32,000 nucleotides of DNA from Thermofilum pendens Hrk 5 (GTDB lineage Archaea; Thermoproteota; Thermoprotei; Thermofilales; Thermofilaceae): NCBI RefSeq assembly GCF_000015225.1, contig NC_008698.1:420001-452000 (forward strand), written 5' to 3'. Position 1 is the stretch's first letter; each line of letters opens with the position of its first letter. Positions 15,885-22,617 of this stretch are shown here, one piece after another. Below the pieces are notes generated by a model that ran no database searches, was not told the origin of the DNA, and was given only the letters and a program-made list of their open reading frames with translations. A program made the translations under genes and the position numbers.

Positions 15885-16553
15885 TCATACGAATTCTACG
15901 TTCGCGTGCCTCTTCTTCATATCCTCTTCGCCTACTCCGAGAATGTTCATCAAGGCGTATATCACGCCGTCAAAGAACACCATGACCGTGTCCTCGAAGA
16001 GCGTGCCCAGAGGCGCTAGAGGCTCGTACATTCCCAGCACTTGTCTCGCGAAGTAGTCGGTCTCCGCGGCTACCTTCGTTCTCCCAGGAACCACCACGAT
16101 GTGATCGCTGATCTTTCCTAGGGGTGACTCTGCAAAAGAAGTTATCGCTACCACGACAGCTTTAGCCCTCTTAGCCGCCGAGGCTACAGAAAGGACCACC
16201 TGGGTGCTTCCCGAGCCGCTTACAGCTATTAGAACGTCACCTTCCGAGATAGACGGCGTTATGGTTTCGCCTACTACGTACACGTTGAAGCCGAGGTGCA
16301 TTAACCTCATGGCGAAAGCTTTCGCCACCAGTCCGCTCCTGCCAGCGCCGACGACAAGGATCTTACTCTTCGTGGCGAGCGCTGAAGTCAGGATCTTCAG
16401 GAACCTGTTAACGCTTTCTTTGTCCAGCTCGCCTGCCACCTTCTCTATATAGGAGGCAATACTAACCATTGCTTTCGATACGTCTTCCGACACAAGCACC
16501 AACCCGTTGCGCGAAAAAGGAAAAGAAAGAAAAATATATTTCTTTTCACTCAC
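15885..16553 (-). CDS. hxlB: 6-phospho-3-hexuloisomerase-like SIS-domain protein
   Basis: VVGAGRSGLVAKAFAMRLMHLGFNVYVVGETITPS...VSGSGST and the C-terminal KKRHANVE match the archaeal PHI family closely. The true start may be the internal ATG at about 16469. Confidence 0.75.
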   Translation of the reverse strand: MSEKKYIFLSFPFSRNGLVLVSEDVSKAMVSIASYIEKVAGELDKESVNRFLKILTSALATKSKILVVGAGRSGLVAKAFAMRLMHLGFNVYVVGETITPSISEGDVLIAVSGSGSTQVVLSVASAAKRAKAVVVAITSFAESPLGKISDHIVVVPGRTKVAAETDYFARQVLGMYEPLAPLGTLFEDTVMVFFDGVIYALMNILGVGEEDMKKRHANVEFV

Positions 16554-16607
16554 GCGAAGCTAGCGCGCGTCATTACCCTGAGCTTAAAACGCGGAAATAG
16601 GGAAAAG

Positions 16608-16631
16608 CTCCCTGGTTTGTAAACCTGGGAG
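16608..16631. repeat. Hairpin CTCCCTGGTTTGTAAACCTGGGAG (extra copy of the GGTTTGTAAACC element)
   Basis: CTCCC/GGGAG and GGTTT/AAACC arms. A second copy of the core sits in the opposite orientation at 16660-16676 (CTACAAACCAGGGGGG). Confidence 0.6.
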
Positions 16632-16659
16632 AAAGCTAAAACCGCGAACCCTCACACGT

Positions 16660-16704
16660 CTACAAACCAGGGGGGAAGGGAAAAACGGGAATAAAAAGAG
16701 TTTT
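16660..16704 (-). terminator. T-rich tract plus CCCTGGTTTGTAG element downstream of small ORF copy C
   Basis: The reverse complement reads TAAAAAACTCTTTTTATTCCCGTTTTTCCCTTCCCCCCTGGTTTGTAG, colinear with 8747-8790. Confidence 0.45.
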
Positions 16705-16932
16705 TTACGCGAGCCCTAGCCCTCTCAGCTCCTCGACGCCCTCCTCAAGCTCTCTCGCTAGCTCTTCGTCCTCCTCGACCTGCGGGGCGCTTCTCACGGA
16801 TGCGAGGAATTCCTCTATCGCGTCCAAAGCCTCTACTAGGCGCGCCTCGTAGAGCTCGTCGCGCCTAAGAGTGCTCGCCAGTAGCCGCGAAAGCGCGCCT
16901 ATCGTTCGCACGGTAACCCTCGGGTCACTCAT
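16705..16932 (-). CDS. Small acidic helical cassette partner protein, copy C (ATG start, 75 aa)
   Basis: MSDPRVTVRTIGALSRLLASTLRRDELYEARLVEALDAIEEFLASVRSAPQVEEDEELARELEEGVEELRGLGLA. Start set at ATG 16932, with GGTGGT upstream. The 140-aa ORF-track version extends antisense into the family gene. Confidence 0.6.
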   Translation of the reverse strand: MSDPRVTVRTIGALSRLLASTLRRDELYEARLVEALDAIEEFLASVRSAPQVEEDEELARELEEGVEELRGLGLA

Positions 16933-17002
16933 CAACCACCACTGACCCCTGATGCCGCGCCCTCGCAGGGCGCCCCCTCCACCATATAAGGACGGGTGAA
17001 AT
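16933..17002. promoter_or_regulatory. Conserved divergent control region of cassette C (TATA-like CCATATAAGG / CCTTATATGG)
   Basis: Colinear with 8476-8536, plus about 34 extra nt that include the small-ORF ATG. The TATA-like box is at 16983-16991. Confidence 0.5.
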
Positions 17003-18427
17003 ATGGTTGAGGAGTACATGAAGGGAGATGGAGCCGTGACGGGGGAGGGCGTCGAAGAGTTCGACGAGGGGTTCATTCGCGAGAAGCTTAAAGAGCTTCT
17101 GAGGAAAGCTATCTTCCACCGATTCAACTACAGTGGTCTCGAGGCTACGTGCACGCGCGTAATGTGGGAGTTGATTAACCTCAAGGCTGAGTACCAGCGC
17201 TACGGCGAGGTCTACGTAGAGCTTACCAACAAAGCGGAGGTAGGCGTCGAGAAGGCTTGCAGAATAGCGAAGAGAGTGTTTAGAGAAGCCTTGGAGCACT
17301 TCGAAGAGCTCAAGGTACGGAGGACTGGGAAGGCAACGTGGAAGGTTAAGATTCCGGGCGAGAAGTGTAGAATCTACGTGTATAGGAAGCCAGCCGGGCA
17401 CTGGGCTGTTGAGATTCGCTTGTATATCAGAGTCACCAAGTTCATTGTTCCCGACACTCTAAGGCTTCCACCGGAGCTACTAGTAGACGCACAGACGGGC
17501 TGGTTGTACGGAGATGCATCGTACATAGCGAGCCGCAAAGATGTCAGAATGGGCACCTCACAAGCATGGCAAGTAACCTCCTTCCCCGGTTTCTGGCCGG
17601 GGAAGGAGGTCGAAGTATACATCAGAAGTGTAGTAATCCACGAGACTCATGTCAGCGTCGTGTGGACTGTTAGAGTTAAGGGTGTCCGCAACGCTCCTAA
17701 GGAATGGAGGCTAAGGAAGGAAGAAAAGCAGAGTGTTATCCTGTCAGAGATTAAGGCAGCGAACGAAGGAGAAATAGACATTTTCAGGGCTGTTCGAATT
17801 GCAACATACTACGCCGCAGACGGAAAGTATCCAGGGCCAAACACGGCTAAACGTTTGCTGGAATTCGGGGTTGGCAACGAGCCGTACTGGATTAGAGTCG
17901 AGGGTGCGGTGAGGATTGCGAAGCTTTTACACGAGGAGGTACCACAGCTATTAGCATTCATGTGCAGTGCTGGTTGCAAGAAGGCACGGTATCTTGCCCG
18001 CCTCGCGCTCGTTGAGCCGAAACGCAACCTCTCGCCGCGCTACTTAGAGGTCGCCGGCGTACGGATGAACCTGCAACTTGTAGGTACTAAGAACTACCGT
18101 ACTCTTATAGCAAGAGTTTTCATCACAAATAATAATGAGGAGTTACTCAGGGGTTTTCCTGAGCGGGCAAGGGAAGAGGGTCTCATAGTTAAAAAGATGA
18201 AGATAGACAAGAAGTACTACGGCTACTACGCTGGCTTGCGCGAGTTGATGAGCTATGCCGATAAACACTTAGAGGCGTATGACATATTGATCGACTTTGT
18301 CAAGGGGGAGCTCGAAGAAATGCCTCTAGACCACCCCGCCCGCCAAAGCGTCGAAAGGCTTCTTGAACGCCTGAAAAAAGCTAGAGAACGCGCACTCAGA
18401 AAGCACGCTGGGGGCGAAAACAACTAA
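17003..18427 (+). CDS. Cassette family protein, copy C (only apparently intact full-length copy; twin LAGLIDADG-like motifs)
   Basis: 474-aa uninterrupted ORF. Motifs QTGWLYGDASY (aa 164-174) and IATYYAADGKY (aa 266-276) are each followed by beta-rich sequence. About 60-65% identical to copy D over the first ~330 aa. An alternative start is ATG 17018. Confidence 0.8.
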   Translation: MVEEYMKGDGAVTGEGVEEFDEGFIREKLKELLRKAIFHRFNYSGLEATCTRVMWELINLKAEYQRYGEVYVELTNKAEVGVEKACRIAKRVFREALEHFEELKVRRTGKATWKVKIPGEKCRIYVYRKPAGHWAVEIRLYIRVTKFIVPDTLRLPPELLVDAQTGWLYGDASYIASRKDVRMGTSQAWQVTSFPGFWPGKEVEVYIRSVVIHETHVSVVWTVRVKGVRNAPKEWRLRKEEKQSVILSEIKAANEGEIDIFRAVRIATYYAADGKYPGPNTAKRLLEFGVGNEPYWIRVEGAVRIAKLLHEEVPQLLAFMCSAGCKKARYLARLALVEPKRNLSPRYLEVAGVRMNLQLVGTKNYRTLIARVFITNNNEELLRGFPERAREEGLIVKKMKIDKKYYGYYAGLRELMSYADKHLEAYDILIDFVKGELEEMPLDHPARQSVERLLERLKKARERALRKHAGGENN

Positions 18428-18435
18428 AGCGTAAG

Positions 18436-18467
18436 ACCACCAGGGAAAGGCGCCCAGCCCCCTCCTC
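18436..18467 (-). repeat. GC-rich cassette boundary motif, copy 4 (ACCACCAGGGAAAGGCGCCCAGCCCCCTCCTC)
   Basis: Starts 8 nt after the copy C stop codon. Confidence 0.85.
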
Positions 18468-18643
18468 TTTACTCTGCGACCACAGTTAAAGTTAACGCAT
18501 TCTTTTCTCTCGAGAAAGAGACTGTTTCCCACGATCTTTCCACTTCCTGGTTCTCGGCACGACTATCCCGAGGTGTTAATTAAGCGCCCATACCTCTCCC
18601 AAGTCTCTTACCTATGCGTCTACGCCGTCAAAAGCTGGACGTA

Positions 18644-18741
18644 TGGCGGGCCGGCCGGGATTCGAACCCGGGACCTACGGGTTAAGAGCCTCGACCCAGA
18701 GTTGCTTAGACCGCCGCTCTACCTAGCTGAGCTACCGGCCC
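18644..18741 (-). tRNA. tRNA-Lys(CUU) with a ~21-nt non-canonical intron inside the 5' anticodon stem (about 18690-18710), CCA encoded
   Basis: The reverse complement reads GGGCCGG-TA-GCTC-AGCTAGGTA-GAGC-G-GCGG[TCTAAGCAACTCTGGGTCGAG]G-CTCTTAA-CCCGT-AGGTC-CCGGG-TTCGAAT-CCCGG-CCGGCCC-G-CCA. Confidence 0.85.
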
Positions 18742-18786
18742 CATGTGTCGCGTTCTGCATAACCCCTCCTTTTTAATAAACTTTGC

Positions 18787-18852
18787 GGAGGAGAGAGCCG
18801 GGCGCCTTTCCCTGGCGGCGCGCACAAGGAGGGGGCGTTCCCTTGAAGCGGG
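18787..18852 (+). repeat. Apparent collapsed cassette: boundary motif copy 5 (GGAGGAGAGAGCCGGGCGCCTTTCCCTGGCGG) followed 10 nt later by a control-region-like GGAGGGGGCGTTCCCTTGAAGCGG
   Basis: 18787-18818 matches the boundary motif. 18829-18852 resembles GGAGGGGGCGCCCCTGCGAAGGCG from the cassette control region. No family ORF lies between them. Confidence 0.5.
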
Positions 18853-18947
18853 TAAAAGCTATCAGCTTGCACGTAGCGACGCGTTGCAAAGATAGTTTAA
18901 AACTGATCTGCGACGGCGTTACTCTCTACCTCCTATACAACGCGTGT

Positions 18948-19634
18948 TCATAGATGCGGTGTCGTGACTGTTATCGACTTTGCTCCCATCTCCTCTAAGA
19001 GCAGAGGGTCTAGGGACTGAAGAATCTCTTTGAACTCCTTCAGGCCTAGTATGAGCACACCTTCCTCCACTAGGGGACCTACGTCGTAGAGGTTGACTAT
19101 CAACGGGTAGAGCTTAGCTTGTTTACCTAGCCGTATTCCTATGTCTGCTCCCGACTTCATTTTGTCAGCCAGCGCTAAGCACCGTTCAAGATGCGCTTTC
19201 GCGGCTTTTTTCAGAGAAGACGGCGGGGCTCTTCGCCACCTCTTACAGTCAACAACTAATACGAGGTTGTCGCTCGCAGCTATAAGGTCTACCTCGAATC
19301 TTCTTCCTAAGTTTTTAAAGCGGAGATTCCGCTTGGTCCTAAGCCCGAAGCTTTCCGCTAGGTAGCAGCAGAGTTCCTCAAAGCTACTCCACCCGGAGCT
19401 TAACGCCAAGGATACAACGTCGTAGCCGTGTAGCCAAGCCTTAACGAGAACCCCCGGTAGAGACTCTTCGATGTAGCCGTTGACTACGGGTATTTCTAGG
19501 CTTTCTAGGACCAGCTGGACGAACTCCTGTGGAAGACCAGTTTCAGACACTATCTCGGTGATGCTGGCTACCTTACCCCGGGAAAGAAGTTCTGCGGCTT
19601 TCTTGAGGACTAACTCTACCTTAAAGCTTATCAA
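18948..19634 (-). CDS. Hypothetical protein with N-terminal wHTH-like region and PD-(D/E)xK nuclease-like core
   Basis: FEVDLIAASDNLVLVVDCKRW fits a D...(D/E)xK restriction-endonuclease-fold motif. The N-terminal ~60 aa is helical (ITEIVSETGLPQEFVQLVLESL). Confidence 0.35.
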   Translation of the reverse strand: MISFKVELVLKKAAELLSRGKVASITEIVSETGLPQEFVQLVLESLEIPVVNGYIEESLPGVLVKAWLHGYDVVSLALSSGWSSFEELCCYLAESFGLRTKRNLRFKNLGRRFEVDLIAASDNLVLVVDCKRWRRAPPSSLKKAAKAHLERCLALADKMKSGADIGIRLGKQAKLYPLIVNLYDVGPLVEEGVLILGLKEFKEILQSLDPLLLEEMGAKSITVTTPHL

Positions 19635-19653
19635 ACTAGACCCTGCTGGAATC

Positions 19654-20079
19654 CTACACTATTATGGAGGCCATCGCGGAGAGCTTTGGCCATCTCTCGG
19701 CGGCTTCCTTGGCTAGAGGCCCTCGAATCTCGGTACCTTTGGGCTCTCCCTCGGGCGTTATTATCACAACGGCGTTATCCTCGAACGCAATCCAGCTCCC
19801 GTCAGGTCTCCGGTAGGGTCTTCTCTGCCTGATCACTATTGCGCGCATAACCTGCTTTCTAAGCTCCGGTTTGCCCGCCCTAATGGAAACTATAACAATA
19901 TCGCCTACCGCCGCCCCAGGTATGCGCCGCCACACGGCTTTGTAGTGCGGGACTCCTATTACTTTTGCCAGCGTAGCACCAGAGTTATCGGCAACCTTTA
20001 CTAGGCTCTCCATGAATACTCCTGGTGTAAGGCCTAGCCTATAGGAAACACCAACTGTTTTCGGACCTCTCTTAGCCAC
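19654..20079 (-). CDS. rpl14: 50S ribosomal protein L14 (uL14)
   Basis: VADNSGA...V.....[42 protein letters not shown]. Confidence 0.92.
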   Translation of the reverse strand: MAKRGPKTVGVSYRLGLTPGVFMESLVKVADNSGATLAKVIGVPHYKAVWRRIPGAAVGDIVIVSIRAGKPELRKQVMRAIVIRQRRPYRRPDGSWIAFEDNAVVIITPEGEPKGTEIRGPLAKEAAERWPKLSAMASIIV

Positions 20080-20084
20080 TCAGA

Positions 20085-20420
20085 TCACCCGCCAACCTTT
20101 CCTATAACTACGAACGAGACAGACTTTGCCAACGGGCGTGTCTCCGCGACGATGACCTCGTCGCCGGGCTTCACCGGTATGCAGGGCGGCACACGTACAT
20201 GCTTCTTTTTACGCCTTACTTCATACCTTTTATACTTCTCGTTGTAGTAAAGATACTCGTGTACAGCCACCGCCACGTTGTGCATTTTAACCTTCTCTAC
20301 GCGTAGCCTCAGCACTTGTCCTCTCACGGGCAACTCCCCATGCCACGGGCACAGAGGGTCGTTACACTTCATTTGCGGAGGGCTTACTCCGGGAATACCC
20401 ACACCCTTCAACTTTGCCAT
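20085..20420 (-). CDS. rps17: 30S ribosomal protein S17 (uS17)
   Basis: CNDPLCPWHGELPVRGQVL...KMHNVAVAVHEYLYYNEKYKRYEVRRKKKHVRVPPC..VKPGDEVIVAETRPLAKSVSFVV. Confidence 0.92.
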   Translation of the reverse strand: MAKLKGVGIPGVSPPQMKCNDPLCPWHGELPVRGQVLRLRVEKVKMHNVAVAVHEYLYYNEKYKRYEVRRKKKHVRVPPCIPVKPGDEVIVAETRPLAKSVSFVVIGKVGG

Positions 20421-20468
20421 TGCTGTGCACCCTCAACGAGAGACGTGCGAGTGCGAGATACGTAACAG

Positions 20469-20483
20469 GTTATTATAAAGCTT
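20469..20483 (-). promoter_or_regulatory. TATA-like box AAGCTTTATAATAAC upstream of rps17
   Basis: AT-rich box about 55 nt upstream of the rps17 ATG, with GAGGGTG about 9 nt before the ATG. It lies between rps17 and boundary motif copy 6. Confidence 0.35.
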
Positions 20484-20496
20484 ACGGATACTCAAT

Positions 20497-20528
20497 GAGG
20501 AGGGGGCCGGGGCGCCTTTCTCTGGTGG
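20497..20528 (+). repeat. GC-rich cassette boundary motif, copy 6 (GAGGAGGGGGCCGGGGCGCCTTTCTCTGGTGG)
   Basis: Ends 9 nt before the copy D stop codon (20538-20540, minus strand). Confidence 0.85.
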
Positions 20529-20537
20529 TTTTACCCC

Positions 20538-21922
20538 TTATTCTAGTGCCCCAGCTGGGCGTATCTTCAGTAGTTCTTCGACTAGCTTCTTCGCGGCTGG
20601 CTTAACCTCCGCCTTAGCCTTAGCGAACGCATAGAGAGCCTCCCAAAGCTCCGGGTCCTCGCTCGCGTGCTCGAAAAGCGAGTCCTGGGGGATCTCGTAG
20701 TAAGGCGTCTCGCCTGACCGGACAACATTCACAGTCCACCCCTCCTCTACTGCTCTCTCGTACCAGCCTTGAGGCGCGTTATCAACGGGTATGCGAGCGT
20801 AGATGTAGGCGTACTCGTCGCCGACAGTAACCAAGGGGAGGTTCAGCATCGCGCCGGCAACCGGTGCATAAAGGCCGAGACGTTGGTAGGCGCGTGGCGC
20901 GCGAGAAAGGGCTAAGCGCGTCAGGAATTCCGCCTTTTTACACCCTGAGACACGCAGGAAGGCTAGTAGTTGCGGAGTCCTTTCGAGAAGCAACCGCGCT
21001 AACCTGAGGGACTGCTCCGTCCTAACCCGGTACGACTTACTGCCTACTGCGAATTCCAGCACACGTTTAGCCGTGTTTGACCCTGGATACTTACCATCAG
21101 AGGCGTATAGTAGTGCAAGCTTTACCGCCCTGACGATGTCGACTTTTCCTTCGTTCGCCTCCTCGATCTCCGCCAAGATAATACCCTGTTTCTCCTTTTT
21201 GGGGAGACTCCACCATCGAGGCGCGTTGCGGACACCCTTAACTCTGACAGCCCACATTATGCTGACGTGAGTCTCGTGAACCGTTACGCTTTCGATGTAG
21301 ACTGTCACCTCCTTCTCCGGCCAGAAACCGGGGAAGGAGACGGCCTGCCACACCTGCGTAGTAGTCATCTCGACTTCTTTCTTGTCTGCGCGGTATGTTG
21401 CGTCGCCGTATATCCAACCCGTTTGAGCTGCTACCAGCAATTCGGAAAGCTCCAAGACATCGGGAAGTCTCAGCTTAGCGACCTTGAGGTATAAACGGAT
21501 TTCGACGCTCCAGTACCCGCCTGGCTTTAAGTGCATGTATATCCTCCACTTTGTGCCTGGAATCTTAACCTTCCACGCCGTCCTGCCCGTCCTTCGTATC
21601 TTCAGTTCTTCGAAGTGTTCTAAAGCCTCCTTCGCCACCCTCCGCGCGATCCTGAAAGCCTTCTCAACGCGAACCTCTTCTCTGCTGACGAGCTCTACGT
21701 AGACCTCGCCGTATTGCGCATAATTGGCCTTTATGTTGCCAGCTCCCGCGTGACTTCTTCATGCGTAGCCTCGAACCCCCTGTAACCGTCGCGCGGAAAC
21801 AACGCCTTCCTGAGAAGCTCCCTGATCTTCTCGCGAATGAACTCCTCGTCGAACTCGGCCCCTGCCTCTCCCGCCACAGCCCTTTCATTCCCCGTCATTA
21901 CTACTTCATTCATACCTACCAC
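20538..21922 (-). pseudogene. Cassette family protein, copy D (frame disrupted near 21723-21748)
   Basis: ORF 21731-21922 (..EFDEEFIREKIRELLRKALF..FEATHEEVTRELAT*) aligns to the N-terminus of copy C. The continuation NIKANYAQYGEVYVELVSREEVRVEKAFRIARRVAKEALEHFEELK... is open in a different frame and merges with ORF 20538-21638. Confidence 0.8.
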
Positions 21923-22030
21923 CCGTCCTTAAACGGTGGACGGGGCGCCCTACGCGTACGCGCTATCAGGGGTCAGCGTGGCGGGAAGCATGAGTAGTGA
22001 GCGCTTCGCGCGCGATGCGCGCGGCACACG

Positions 22031-22315
22031 CTACCACAGCATGACACGTCTCTTAAGCCTCTCCTCGGGTCTACCAACGAGGAAGGCTCCATCGACGAGT
22101 AGTTCTTTGCCGTCGGGTAGCTTGATCCTGAGCACTACTTGAGCCTTAAAGATTCTCTTCTTGGGCCCTCCGGGTACTCCTATTACTATCGTCTTGTAGG
22201 TCTCATCCAGTATGAGCCCGCAGATCCCTACCTGACTGGGGTTTTTCGACTTAACGACGCAGGCTTCAAGACCTATAAGCTCGTGCCGGAGTATGTTCTT
22301 CGGAGTTATCTTCAT
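22031..22315 (-). CDS. rnp1: RNase P protein component 1 (Rpp29/Pop4)
   Basis: HELIGLEACVVKSKNPSQVGICGLILDETYKTIVI....KKRIFK......I.LPDGKELLVDGAFLVGRPEERLK. Confidence 0.88.
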   Translation of the reverse strand: MKITPKNILRHELIGLEACVVKSKNPSQVGICGLILDETYKTIVIGVPGGPKKRIFKAQVVLRIKLPDGKELLVDGAFLVGRPEERLKRRVMLW

Positions 22316-22362
22316 AATCGGTCAAGAATTCTTTCCAATGCTTAAGCTTTCCCTTAGAACCA

Positions 22363-22617
22363 CTACTGCTGGGATGCGCTGCCCTGAACTGGAGGTTGCT
22401 CTGCCGAAGGGGCTTTTCTTCGGAGCTCGTTCTCAATTGTAAGGATCCTGGCTATCTCGCGTTTAATCTTGCGTATCGATGCCACGTTTTCGAGCGAGCC
22501 TCGATGAGCTTGCGCCTTAAGCCTGGCCAGCTCTCCCCGTAGTTCCTGCAGTCTTTTCTGTCGCTCCTCCCTGCTCATCTTCCTGAGCTCTTCAGCTTGT
22601 TTCGCCATACGCTTCAC
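22363..22617 (-). CDS. rpl29: 50S ribosomal protein L29 (uL29)
   Basis: ELRKMSREERQKRLQELRGELARLKAQAHRGSLENVASIRKIKREIARILT. The start may be ATG 22608. Confidence 0.88.
   Translation of the reverse strand: MKRMAKQAEELRKMSREERQKRLQELRGELARLKAQAHRGSLENVASIRKIKREIARILTIENELRRKAPSAEQPPVQGSASQQ

Noticed and set aside
16705-17127. Long (140-aa) version of the small cassette ORF.
   Set aside because: The upstream 65 codons are antisense to the family gene start and control region and have no counterpart in cassette B. The conserved protein begins at ATG 16932.
21936-22142. 68-aa plus-strand ORF starting with ATGAGTAGTGAG next to cassette D.
   Set aside because: Only its first few codons correspond to the small cassette ORF (MSD/MSS). 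The rest runs antisense through rnp1, so it is a truncated remnant fused to a shadow frame rather than a gene.
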